In this document: positions 9,807-18,621 of the stretch, one piece after another
Layout: each line of letters starts with the position of its first letter
Numbering within the stretch: the first letter of the stretch is position 1
Virus record (IMG/VR): IMGVR_UViG_2630968627_000001
Span: 36,501-100,500 of that record
Direction: 5' to 3' (one strand)
Source of the DNA: a virus
Taxonomy: Duplodnaviria; Caudoviricetes
DNA length: 64,000 nt
The notes under the pieces: model-generated
Database searches by the model: none
Told to the model about the DNA's origin: nothing
Seen by the model: the letters and a program-made list of their open reading frames with translations, nothing else
Program-made: the position numbers and the translations under genes

Positions 9807-9835
9807 AGTGTAAGACTATCGAACGAGGGTGTCAA
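9807..9835 (-). promoter_or_regulatory. Sigma70-type promoter for the replication operon
   Basis: TTGACA-17 bp-TACACT on the minus strand. Confidence 0.8.
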
Positions 9836-9855
9836 GTGGTCATACAGTATGGACG

Positions 9856-9879
9856 AAAAAAACCCCACCGAAGTGGGGG
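9856..9879 (-). terminator. Rho-independent terminator
   Basis: CCCCAC-TTCG-GTGGGG followed by T7. Confidence 0.85.
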
Positions 9880-9897
9880 AGTAGGAGGTCATGCCCT

Positions 9898-10236
9898 TCA
9901 GAAACCTGGGGCCTGGCGAACGCCTTTCAGGATGTCTATTCCGGCGCAGGAGCAGGGGGGTACGCCAACAGACCGGCAGGTGTTCAACCAGGTGACCTCG
10001 ATTTTACGTGCCTGCTCGTATTTGTCAAACCCCCGCAGGTGCTCCGACTCCAAGCCAGGCTCCCCACCGTGACAGATCGCGTTCGTCGGTTCGATGTCCC
10101 ACTTCTGGGTCTGGTCGTTGAACATGATCTCGGTGGCCCGCTGTACGCGGCGTGGGCCCAGAAACCCCAGATCCAGTTCGTCGCGTTGCATGGCCTGTGT
10201 GGTGCCGTCTGGGTGGATGGTAATAGCGAGCAGCAT
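9898..10236 (-). CDS. Hypothetical protein of the AAA/DUF1257/DUF2997 neighbourhood
   Basis: Start reset to ATG 10236 (AAGGAG); MLLAITIHPDG...LDLGFLG..VQRATEI. Confidence 0.7.
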   Translation of the reverse strand: MLLAITIHPDGTTQAMQRDELDLGFLGPRRVQRATEIMFNDQTQKWDIEPTNAICHGGEPGLESEHLRGFDKYEQARKIEVTWLNTCRSVGVPPCSCAGIDILKGVRQAPGF

Positions 10237-10246
10237 GTTGGTCTCC

Positions 10247-10450
10247 TTAGATGTCGCGGACGGTTTCTGTGCCGTATTCCTGTTGCCAGAATTCGGGCTT
10301 CTCGTTGACGTCGGCCTTGGAGTCATTGCCGCCCGTCAAGACAGCGATCATGGCGCGGCTGGCTTCCTTGCAGCCTACCCCGTTGTAGCCCTCGGCCTCG
10401 ACCGTGGTGTTGCCGTGAGGGGTGATGGTGATAACAAGTTGGCGTCCCAT
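10247..10450 (-). CDS. DUF2997-family protein
   Basis: ITITPHGNTTVEAEGYNGVGCKEAS pattern. Confidence 0.75.
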   Translation of the reverse strand: MGRQLVITITPHGNTTVEAEGYNGVGCKEASRAMIAVLTGGNDSKADVNEKPEFWQQEYGTETVRDI

Positions 10451-10905
10451 TAGATTGCTCCTGCCGATGCGCCCGAGGACGTGTCCTGGACAGTGATAAT
10501 GACGGTGCCGTCTGCCTGCATGGCCGTCTCGTAATCGAAGCCTTGCTCTTCAGCTTGCTCCTGGATCGCAGCTACCGCATAGCGGTTGTACAGCTTGCCC
10601 ATCGCGTGCTGGGGTGTGTTACCTGGTACGCCCAGCAGACGGCTGACTTCGTTCGCCCAGAGGTCGGTGCGGGCCTCGTAGCCACCTTCCTTCTTCTTGT
10701 ACAGGCCGATGTCGTACGGGCAGTCGTGGAGCTTGATGACGTAGTCAGCGCGGCCCATGCCTTGTTGGTTGCGGAAGTAAGCGCGAGGGACGGCGTCTTC
10801 AATCAGTTCGGCGCGAATGCCTTCTTGGGCCAGGACTCCCAGCGCCATACGCAAGGCGCTAATGGAAGTGATCTGGATGGAAGCTACTGTTGTCGTGTGT
10901 GACAT
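10450..10905 (-). CDS. DUF1257 (Ycf35-like) protein
   Basis: MSH.T.V..I.S..AL..AL..G; YDIGL; DLW; LYNRYA; EEQGF; DGTVII. Confidence 0.8.
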   Translation of the reverse strand: MSHTTTVASIQITSISALRMALGVLAQEGIRAELIEDAVPRAYFRNQQGMGRADYVIKLHDCPYDIGLYKKKEGGYEARTDLWANEVSRLLGVPGNTPQHAMGKLYNRYAVAAIQEQAEEQGFDYETAMQADGTVIITVQDTSSGASAGAI

Positions 10906-10907
10906 TG

Positions 10908-11498
10908 CTATCTCCGTTTGTTGATGGTGATGGTGCGTTTAGGTGTTTGGAACGTAGGACTTGATTGTACCGCTGGTTCCGGCCGCCTCGGGGCGGACAC
11001 AGGTTTGGGGGTTCTGTAGGCCAGTCCGATCCTTACGAAAAACCAAGAGGCCCTTTCTCTGTAATCCTCGTCCCTTCTTACCGCCAAAGGATCCAGATCG
11101 TGGGCGGCCAATCGGCAGAATATCTCCGAGATATTCCTGGGTATGCGAAGGAACTCCTCCCTCGTCTTCTCGGCTACCCAGAGAAGTGCCGCCCTTTTGA
11201 TGTCGCGTACCAACATACTGACTGCTACGCGGTTAGAGGATAGTTCCTCCTGCATGTTTTCAATACGATAGGCAGGTACGAGTATTCTGGCATCTACGTG
11301 CAGGGAATCCGGGATCATGGCTAGTCTACTTCGATCCCCTAACTCAAGGTAGAGGGTATCCAGGGGGGTAGCCAGGGGAGTATCTTCCGCTACGCTCCGA
11401 CGGACTAAGGCCCTATCCAGTCTGGCGGAGTGAAGTATGAAAGGGGATCCCGGTACGGATAGGCTCAGATCCTCTCGAAGATCGACATAGTCATTCAT
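10908..11498 (-). CDS. Hypothetical protein
   Basis: 196 aa filling the gap, ATGA overlap; visibly more AT-rich than neighbours. Confidence 0.6.
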   Translation of the reverse strand: MNDYVDLREDLSLSVPGSPFILHSARLDRALVRRSVAEDTPLATPLDTLYLELGDRSRLAMIPDSLHVDARILVPAYRIENMQEELSSNRVAVSMLVRDIKRAALLWVAEKTREEFLRIPRNISEIFCRLAAHDLDPLAVRRDEDYRERASWFFVRIGLAYRTPKPVSAPRRPEPAVQSSPTFQTPKRTITINKRR

Positions 11499-12130
11499 GT
11501 GACCCTCCGCCGCCGTGGGGTAATCATCCGCTGGCGGGGTCGGTCGATCTCCATTACCTCCTCTTCTCCTCGTTCGTTGGTGGTAACCATCAGGCCGGGG
11601 CGAGGCGACCCTGCCGCCAGCTCTACAACGCGGAACAGGCTATCAACCTCTTCTTTGTTGAAGTATTCGCGCTGGGTGGTCAAGGGGATGACCAGGCCCA
11701 GGGCCGCCGCCTCGCGCAGAGGGATAATGTCGAACATGCCCTGCATAGTGGAGATGTACTCCCCCAGCAGACTGCTACCGGAGACGGGCAGACGAAGCTG
11801 GATCATCTGCTGGGGTGCGCCCCGGCGCAAGCGGATCAGTACGGCAGCGTCGGCGCTTCGCATCTTGCGGCGGATACGAGTGGCCTGGATCATGATGACA
11901 GTACCCTCGGGGTGGGATACTGTCTCAGTCATGAAACCGCCGCCCAGCTTGCCGTTACTGGTGGCATCTACCCAGACCTTGCTAACGCGGTTCTTTGCAG
12001 AAGTCGCGGCCGACTGTCGGTTGAACGGTGCCTCTACTCGTACGGTAGTGAGGGTGACCGTATCGGTCCCGGCAGTCATCTTGCCGTAGGCCAGGGATAT
12101 GTCCATGTAGGGCTTTGGTGCGGTTGCCAT
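11495..12130 (-). CDS. Hypothetical protein
   Basis: 211 aa, AAGGAG RBS. Confidence 0.75.
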   Translation of the reverse strand: MATAPKPYMDISLAYGKMTAGTDTVTLTTVRVEAPFNRQSAATSAKNRVSKVWVDATSNGKLGGGFMTETVSHPEGTVIMIQATRIRRKMRSADAAVLIRLRRGAPQQMIQLRLPVSGSSLLGEYISTMQGMFDIIPLREAAALGLVIPLTTQREYFNKEEVDSLFRVVELAAGSPRPGLMVTTNERGEEEVMEIDRPRQRMITPRRRRVT

Positions 12131-12139
12131 GATGGCTCC

Positions 12140-13855
12140 TTAGTGAGTAGTCGAAGAGGCGCGGCGCGAGCGGATATGGCGGTCAGGGGACATGCTGACG
12201 CGGGGTGCTGGCGCGGAGATCTCCGGGGAGGATACCGGCTTGGCATTGGCGCGGGACCATTCCAGCATGGCGTTGATCTCTTCCTTGTGGGATACAGACA
12301 TGGGGATGATGTCCTCGGCCGCCGCAACCAGATGGCGCAGTTCGATGTCCTTGCAGTCGTCGTCCGTGAAAGCCAGGATGGCAGCATCTCGGATGACCTG
12401 TTCAATCTCGGACGGCAGGAACCCATCCAGCTTTGCAATCAATTGCAAAACGCCTTTCTCGCCCAGCAAGGCTGTCATGTCGCGGCCGATCTTGCTGAAG
12501 TGAACGTCCAGGATCTCGCGGCGGTCGCGGCTACCTGGCAAGTCGGTAGAGAAGATCTGGTCAATACGACCCTTGCGGGACATCTCTGGTGGCAGGCCCG
12601 CTACCGAGTTGGCCGACATGACGACAAATGCTTCCTTGTTCTCTTCCTGCATCCAGGTAAGAAACTTGCCCAGTACGCGGCGGCTGGTGCCCCCATCCAG
12701 GTTGCTGTTACTGCCGCCCAGGCCCTTGTCGATCTCGTCTACGAACAGAACGATGCGGCCCATACCGGCGACCATATCCAGCGCATCCTGCAAGCGTTGC
12801 TCGGACTCGCCTACAAACTTGCTGAAGACCTTGCCAAAGTCCAGACGGATCAGGGGGATGGCCAAGCCGCCCGCCGTGGCCTTGGATACCAGGCTCTTGC
12901 CGGTGCCGGGAGGGCCGACCAGCAGCATGCCCTTCGGTGCGCGAGCGCCAAACTCTTCAGCCGCTTCAGGGTCTGCGAACAAGGGGCGGCGATCTTCCAG
13001 CCATTTCTTTAAGGCATCCATGCCGCCCACCTCGGATAGGTCAGCCTCCTGTACCAGCGTCAGGATCTCGGACTGTTTGACGGTCTCTGTCTTGCCTTCT
13101 GCTACATGGGTGCGCAGTACCGCTTCGAGATCCGTGACGGCTGTCTCGGCGTCCGGGTCGTAGTTGTCAGCGTACTCGCCTACCCCGATGGACAGGTGGA
13201 CTTCGTACTCGGCCAGCGCCATACCTTGGCCAATGCGGGCGAGTGATCGCATCTGGTCTTCGTCCATGATCGGGAAGCGGGTGGATTCATCCTTCTGGAA
13301 CGGAGACAGGATGTCCTGGGTAGAGGATATCAGCTCGCTCAAGGAAGGCGGGTTCATGTCGATAACCGACAAGGTGCCCAAGGGCAGTTCTGTCATACGG
13401 CGCGGGCCGATGAAGACAACGCGAACCTGGCTAATGTTGGGCAGGATGGTCGCCAGTTGCTGCAAGGTTTCCTGTACCTTGGGGTCCTGCATTACCAGCA
13501 GAGGCGGGTTGATGAAAACAAAGTAGGTGGGGCCGGTACGGCTAAGAAGGTTCGCGTTGGACCCATTGCTACGCAGGGTGGTAACGATGTTGGTCAAGGT
13601 GGCGATAAACTTGGAATCCTTCTCGCCGGCAATCAGGTTGTTGTGGTAGTTGCTTGTGTTAAATTCCCGTTGGCCGTTCAGGGCGTCCCATTCCAGCAGG
13701 GATCCCTTCTCGTCAACCAGTACAGCTCGGCGCAAGGCCGTGGCCGCCCGCAGGACTTCTCGTGTACGGATATGAAACATACATACCGAACGATCAGACA
13801 GGGTCAGCAGGGTCTTAGTCAGATTGGCTTCTGACTCGGGTACTTTCGTGCTCAT
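12140..13855 (-). CDS. AAA+ ATPase, Ycf46-like
   Basis: EVGGMDALKKWL, PKGMLLVGPPGTGKS, VGESE, LFVDEIDK, LPPEMSRKGRIDQIF, IIPMS..EEI..M.EW; degenerate N-terminal AAA. Confidence 0.9.
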   Translation of the reverse strand: MSTKVPESEANLTKTLLTLSDRSVCMFHIRTREVLRAATALRRAVLVDEKGSLLEWDALNGQREFNTSNYHNNLIAGEKDSKFIATLTNIVTTLRSNGSNANLLSRTGPTYFVFINPPLLVMQDPKVQETLQQLATILPNISQVRVVFIGPRRMTELPLGTLSVIDMNPPSLSELISSTQDILSPFQKDESTRFPIMDEDQMRSLARIGQGMALAEYEVHLSIGVGEYADNYDPDAETAVTDLEAVLRTHVAEGKTETVKQSEILTLVQEADLSEVGGMDALKKWLEDRRPLFADPEAAEEFGARAPKGMLLVGPPGTGKSLVSKATAGGLAIPLIRLDFGKVFSKFVGESEQRLQDALDMVAGMGRIVLFVDEIDKGLGGSNSNLDGGTSRRVLGKFLTWMQEENKEAFVVMSANSVAGLPPEMSRKGRIDQIFSTDLPGSRDRREILDVHFSKIGRDMTALLGEKGVLQLIAKLDGFLPSEIEQVIRDAAILAFTDDDCKDIELRHLVAAAEDIIPMSVSHKEEINAMLEWSRANAKPVSSPEISAPAPRVSMSPDRHIRSRRASSTTH

Positions 13856-13906
13856 GTTGTATTTCCTTGTATAGGGGCAGGGTTATGCCCGATCTGAGAT
13901 CTACCT

Positions 13907-13922
13907 GTGCAATCGATTGCAA
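13907..13922. repeat. GTGCAATCGATTGCAA palindromic site (exact, intergenic)
   Basis: Core 13908-13921 in the leader of the AAA gene. Confidence 0.9.
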
Positions 13923-13972
13923 AGGGGTGAACGAAGTATACAAGGTATTCAGATTTTTGTGCTGCAAACACG

Positions 13973-13995
13973 AAAATAAACCCGCCGAAGCGGGT
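13973..13995 (-). terminator. Rho-independent terminator after the lysis cassette
   Basis: ACCCGC-TTCG-GCGGGT then TTATTTT. Confidence 0.8.
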
Positions 13996-14012
13996 CAAGG
14001 GGGTGGAGTCTT

Positions 14013-14273
14013 CTACTGGTTGAAGTAAGCCCGTAGGCCAAGTCCTGCTACCGTAACGGCCCCCGTGGCGGCCAGACCAATCAGAACCAACAGAACCTTT
14101 TGGAGCAGGCCAGCTACAGTAGTTCGCCAGCTTCGCAGGTAGTGCATGTCTTTTTGCATCTCGGTCGGGTTGACGACATCCACCCCCAGCTTCGTCAGGA
14201 CGTCGTGCGTGGTATCCCGTGCGATGTCTTTTACCTGCTCCGGTGTCATCATTACTGTCTCCGAGGTATCCAT
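14013..14273 (-). CDS. Holin-like membrane protein
   Basis: 86 aa, C-terminal hydrophobic helix, last gene of the lysis cluster. Confidence 0.5.
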   Translation of the reverse strand: MDTSETVMMTPEQVKDIARDTTHDVLTKLGVDVVNPTEMQKDMHYLRSWRTTVAGLLQKVLLVLIGLAATGAVTVAGLGLRAYFNQ

Positions 14274-14485
14274 CTACATTCCCGCATGCCAATCATGTTG
14301 TGGGCCTTGAGCTGATCTGCCGTCTCGTCGGTCAAAACATCATTGTCTACGTCAATGGTGATGGGTTTAAACAGGTGACATTCTATTGGAAGGGGCGCGG
14401 CAGGTCTACTTCCGCCCAAAGTGTTTGCGCAGCCATTCAGCACTATCGCCAGGCTTGCTACTAGCAATTTCAGTTTCAACCTCAC
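14252..14485 (-). CDS. o-spanin (Rz1-like lipoprotein)
   Basis: Lipobox LLVASLAIVLNGC; overlaps the i-spanin 3' end. Confidence 0.7.
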   Translation of the reverse strand: MRLKLKLLVASLAIVLNGCANTLGGSRPAAPLPIECHLFKPITIDVDNDVLTDETADQLKAHNMIGMRECRWIPRRQ

Positions 14486-14675
14486 GTCGGCTCTCCTTGG
14501 CTTGCTCCACGATGGCTTGTTCCTGTTCGCGTTGTTTCAGCTCCTTCTCCAGTTCCCGTACCTTTGCCTTGTCTCGGGCAGAGCTTGCACCCTTGAGATA
14601 GGCCGTAGCCAAAGCCATCAATGTGACGGCAATGGCTACGAGGTGGCCTTTGAACCGGGCCAGCAAGGCCATCAT
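14406..14675 (-). CDS. i-spanin (Rz-like)
   Basis: N-terminal TM followed by coiled coil, directly after endolysin. Confidence 0.7.
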   Translation of the reverse strand: MMALLARFKGHLVAIAVTLMALATAYLKGASSARDKAKVRELEKELKQREQEQAIVEQAKESRREVETEIASSKPGDSAEWLRKHFGRK

Positions 14676-15403
14676 ACAGGCACGTCCTTGCGGGAGCGGT
14701 TGAACTGCGAGTAGGCGATGTACGCGGCCAGGGCGATAGTAGCCAGGCCGAACGCCATGCGGATGTAGCTACCAGACGACAGATGGGCCTCGGAGGATTC
14801 CATGGCCTTCGTGATCTCCGGCAGTACCTCTGCGATCTGTGCAGCCCCCAGGCCGCCCGCAGTACCTGCTGCTACAGTCTCGCCTGTGACGACTGGTTTG
14901 CGGCCGCCAGCGGGCTTGACGACTCCTGCAAGGCGCAGACCTTCGTCAATCGTAGCGTCGTCATACCAGGTGCTGATCGTCTTGTATGGGCCTTTGCCGT
15001 TGGTCTCGTGGCGGATGATAGCCTCAACCAGAGGTCGCAGGGTGTAGTAGTCATGCACGTTGACCTGCTCGTCGTGAGGGCCGTAGCAAACGCCGGTAGA
15101 GCAAAGGGAGCGACCGACGGAAGCGACGTAGGCATCCACGTTGTTCTCGAAGGCCGGGGCCCAACGCGAGATGATCTTGTGCAACGAGTTGATCTTGCTA
15201 CCGTCGGCAGCACGGCGCTTGTCCTGGTAGGTAATCAGGGTACGGGCCAGGGCGCGGATACCCCAGACCGGCTCACGGAATACAGCGAAGCGAACGTCCT
15301 GCTTCTTGCCCTGTGCCGGATCCACCAGGCCCTGCCATGGGTCGCCCCACTCCAGGTTGCCTGGGTTGTTGTTACGGATACCGCGTGGTCGATTGTCTTT
15401 CAT
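14672..15403 (-). CDS. Putative endolysin (RGIRNNNPGN lysozyme-like family) with C-terminal hydrophobic helices
   Basis: RGIRNNNPGNL, FAVF, RWAP..ENN..AY, IIRHE; adjacent to spanins; start reset to ATG 15403. Confidence 0.7.
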   Translation of the reverse strand: MKDNRPRGIRNNNPGNLEWGDPWQGLVDPAQGKKQDVRFAVFREPVWGIRALARTLITYQDKRRAADGSKINSLHKIISRWAPAFENNVDAYVASVGRSLCSTGVCYGPHDEQVNVHDYYTLRPLVEAIIRHETNGKGPYKTISTWYDDATIDEGLRLAGVVKPAGGRKPVVTGETVAAGTAGGLGAAQIAEVLPEITKAMESSEAHLSSGSYIRMAFGLATIALAAYIAYSQFNRSRKDVPV

Positions 15404-15451
15404 TACTTTCTCCATCAAGGTGGTGCCGCCCCGAAGGGCGGGGGTGTTTGT

Positions 15452-18400
15452 TTAGCCGTTCAGAGTGAGTTCACCAACGTCCACTAACGTGGCCAATGTG
15501 CCCTTCATGACCTTGGCGTGTGCGCCGGCAATCAGTTGGATCTGCATGTTCAATACGCTCGGATGGAACGTAGTGTCGATCATAGTCCCTTCCAGCACAA
15601 TCAGGGTCTTTTCCAGCCCCAAAATTACAACAAGCTGGCCGTCAGGCTCCGTGATTACGCGGGTGCCCATGGAGCCATCCGGGGCCGTGTACGTAGCCTT
15701 GACCCGCAGCATGCTGGCTTGCAGTTCGGAGAACGAGATACCCACTTCGGCACCCAGCTCCCCGTCAATGGCCAGTACGCAACTGATACGATAGATGCGA
15801 CCTTCTGGCGGGATACCAGCCGTCCCCCATTGCATCTCGATACCGCGCTTTTCGGCTACGATCTCGCGTTCGTCGTAGTTGACGAAGGCACCGTAGGTCC
15901 GGCCCCCTTGACCCAGCTGGGGAATCTCCATGGCCTCCCCGTTGCGTACACCGTACAGCTTGCCGTCCTTGGGCGGTATGGGGATGTACGCAGGTTTCTC
16001 CGCGTCACTGACGATAAACGGACCGGCATTGGAGCCCGAGTAACCAAAGGACAGGTCCTCGAATGCGTCCACCCAGAAATACCCGTTATCGGAGTATTGC
16101 AGTACGACCCCAAAAGGAATGTTTATATGGGCACCTACCACCCGAAGAGTGAATTTGGCCACCTCTATCTTCTGATTGAACTCAACTTGCAGCCAGTGAG
16201 GCAGGGAGCCCCCGGCGGCGCTGCGCCACCGACCCTCGTTCTCGCTGTCGTAAAACGCGTTCTCCGGGTAAGTCTGGTTGTGCGACGACGACGCGGTGAC
16301 TGTCGCGTTATTGATGGACACAGGAATTAGTGTGTCCGTCTCGTCGTACATGGCGATCCGGTCCATGTAGATTATGTTCTGGGTGGTGGGGAATACCCAT
16401 CGCCAGTATTTATGTGCCCCGGCCTGCTCCCGTACGGTAAGCGGTACCTTGGTACTGATCTCTACCCGGTCGCCCAGGTCCCGCACGTTGACACCCTGTC
16501 CAGCCTCAATGATCTTGGGGTTAGGGGAGCGCACCCATTGCCCACCTTTGCGCCCGTACAGCTCGTTGTCGTTCGGGGCGTCCCCGATAAAGGCAGGAAC
16601 AGGGAACGTCTGCAATACCGCTTTCTGCGACGTGGTGGAGGCATACGTGAGGGTGATCTCCTCCCCTACGGATGTGTAGTTTGTGCCGTCGTCAGAGAAC
16701 TGGAACTCGACGCGAACAGGGCGCTCCGGGGCGTACAACTGTACTACCTGGAAAGCGGTCACCTCTTTCGGCTCGTTGAAGTTGAACCCAAGCGATACCG
16801 GCATACCCCCAGTGGATTCCCAGCCATCCCCGCCAGCTATGAAAGCTGCCATAGGCGGGCGGTCTCCCATGTTGTTGGAAGCGAAAGCAGAGCCGTCAGC
16901 AGCGGTAATAACCATCTGCTGGTCCTGGGAGTCGAACAGCCGCAAAGTACGGACAGCGGTGAGGGAGTGCCCGTTGTTGGATATGACCCGCAAGCGCCAA
17001 TATTTGTGCGCCCCTGCGCTGGCCATCTTGGTGATAGGAACTTCCGTAGATACCTGGAAGTCCTTACCTACCTGGGTGACTTTGATGCCATCACCCTGCG
17101 TCGTGTCGGGGGCCTTGGACAGAACATACTCTGCCAGCTTGGCGGCAGGCAGCTTGTTCAGGTTGATGGAATCTGGGTCAGACACGTCAAACGACATCCA
17201 CCCTCCGTCTGGCAGCTGGGCAGTACCGCCTGTCAGCAGGTCGAACGAAGCTACCACTTCCCATGTGCCGCTGGCCGTATCGCGCTTCTCTACGGTGAAT
17301 ACAGCTGGGAATTTGTCTTTAGCCACCTGGGACGAAGGGCAGTAAATGGCTACCTCGGATACCTTTACTGCCGACCCGTACTGTTGCCCAAGGATGAACG
17401 ATGCCGCCCCGGCTGTACTGGACGCGTTGGTGGCCACGTTGCCGTCGAAAGCGGAATTGCCGGACGAAGCGCCGGAGCTGGTCAGGGTACCGTTAGGGTG
17501 CTTGGCCCCGCCCGGTACTTCCCGGAACTCCACCTCGTACACGTATACCGCCCCAGTACTGCCGAGGTTATCAGCAGCGAACCCTCGTGACACATTAATG
17601 CGCCAGCCCTGTGCGGGGGTGTCTGCGGACTGAGCTACAGGCAGGAGGTCCCCGTCGGTAACTACGCCAGCCAGCGGCAAAGAAGGGACGTCCAGGCCGC
17701 CGCCCTGGGGTGCGATCTCCCAGCCGCCGTCTTTGCGGACATATGCCTTGCCATCCTCTGGGGCCTCCCCGATAAAGGCCGGGATGTCCTGGTCGGACGA
17801 TACTACCACCAACTGGGACTTGTTGGCCGCGTCGTATACCAGCTTGGCCCTTGCCACCTCGGTCCATGTTGCTCCATCATCCGAGAAAGACAAGGTGATT
17901 TCGTCGGGAGCTGCCTGGGTGTAGCTGTTCAGACGCTGGACGAAGAAGGAGCTGATCTCTACTGGGTTGCTGTCCGTGTCAACGGATACCCAACCAGGGG
18001 CGGGGACTTGGGTGGCCCACCCTACCTGCGTATCGCCATCCCGGAATAGATAGTACGCCTTGTCGGTCGTAGTCTCGCTACTGGAGGATACAGACCCCTG
18101 GGCGAAGACGATGTTCTCCCCCGCGCCATTGGCGGCTCGAATGCGATGCGCCCGGATCCTCGGACCGGCGGGATCCACAGAGGACAGAATATCCCACCGC
18201 CAGTACCGATGCTTTCCTGTGCCCCCTTTCTTGGAGATAGGCACGACAGTGGAGATAACCTTCTTGTCCCCTACTTCTGTGATCTTGATACCGTTTCCTT
18301 CCTGGATGCTATCCCCGCCTGGTCCTGGGCCGTCCCCGCCTCCAAGTACCTTTACTACCGGGACCTGGGCCTTGCCGTCGGCTGTGGTGGCATGCAGGAA

Positions 18401-18523
18401 TGGAAGATCCCCGCGAAAGCCAGCGATGTACTCGACATCCTGGACAGTAGCTTTTACTACCGGCATCTGCACGTCGCCCATTACGGCATGTACGTGAGGC
18501 AGTAGCTTCTTTTGGTCACTCAT
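15452..18523 (-). CDS. Tail fibre / receptor-binding protein with repeated discoidin-like domains and foldon-like motifs
   Basis: Three H(R/K)YWR...(F/Y)SD(D/N)G..(W/Y) domains each followed by P.D...Y...G; start reset to ATG 18523 (AAGGAG). Confidence 0.8.
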   Translation of the reverse strand: MSDQKKLLPHVHAVMGDVQMPVVKATVQDVEYIAGFRGDLPFLHATTADGKAQVPVVKVLGGGDGPGPGGDSIQEGNGIKITEVGDKKVISTVVPISKKGGTGKHRYWRWDILSSVDPAGPRIRAHRIRAANGAGENIVFAQGSVSSSSETTTDKAYYLFRDGDTQVGWATQVPAPGWVSVDTDSNPVEISSFFVQRLNSYTQAAPDEITLSFSDDGATWTEVARAKLVYDAANKSQLVVVSSDQDIPAFIGEAPEDGKAYVRKDGGWEIAPQGGGLDVPSLPLAGVVTDGDLLPVAQSADTPAQGWRINVSRGFAADNLGSTGAVYVYEVEFREVPGGAKHPNGTLTSSGASSGNSAFDGNVATNASSTAGAASFILGQQYGSAVKVSEVAIYCPSSQVAKDKFPAVFTVEKRDTASGTWEVVASFDLLTGGTAQLPDGGWMSFDVSDPDSINLNKLPAAKLAEYVLSKAPDTTQGDGIKVTQVGKDFQVSTEVPITKMASAGAHKYWRLRVISNNGHSLTAVRTLRLFDSQDQQMVITAADGSAFASNNMGDRPPMAAFIAGGDGWESTGGMPVSLGFNFNEPKEVTAFQVVQLYAPERPVRVEFQFSDDGTNYTSVGEEITLTYASTTSQKAVLQTFPVPAFIGDAPNDNELYGRKGGQWVRSPNPKIIEAGQGVNVRDLGDRVEISTKVPLTVREQAGAHKYWRWVFPTTQNIIYMDRIAMYDETDTLIPVSINNATVTASSSHNQTYPENAFYDSENEGRWRSAAGGSLPHWLQVEFNQKIEVAKFTLRVVGAHINIPFGVVLQYSDNGYFWVDAFEDLSFGYSGSNAGPFIVSDAEKPAYIPIPPKDGKLYGVRNGEAMEIPQLGQGGRTYGAFVNYDEREIVAEKRGIEMQWGTAGIPPEGRIYRISCVLAIDGELGAEVGISFSELQASMLRVKATYTAPDGSMGTRVITEPDGQLVVILGLEKTLIVLEGTMIDTTFHPSVLNMQIQLIAGAHAKVMKGTLATLVDVGELTLNG

Positions 18524-18550
18524 GACTATCTCCTTGTGCAATTGATTGCA

Positions 18551-18579
18551 ATTCTACAGCCGTATGGCACACATAGGAA
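18551..18579 (-). promoter_or_regulatory. Possible sigma70 promoter abutting a palindrome variant
   Basis: TTCCTA-17-TAGAAT; TGCAATTGATTGCA at 18537-18550 directly downstream. Confidence 0.4.
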
Positions 18580-18596
18580 ACGCCCCCGAAGGGGCG
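18578..18596 (-). terminator. Terminator-like hairpin
   Basis: CGCCCC-TTCG-GGGGCG then TTT. Confidence 0.6.
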
Positions 18597-18621
18597 CTGT
18601 CTCCTATTAGCTAGTGAGCGG

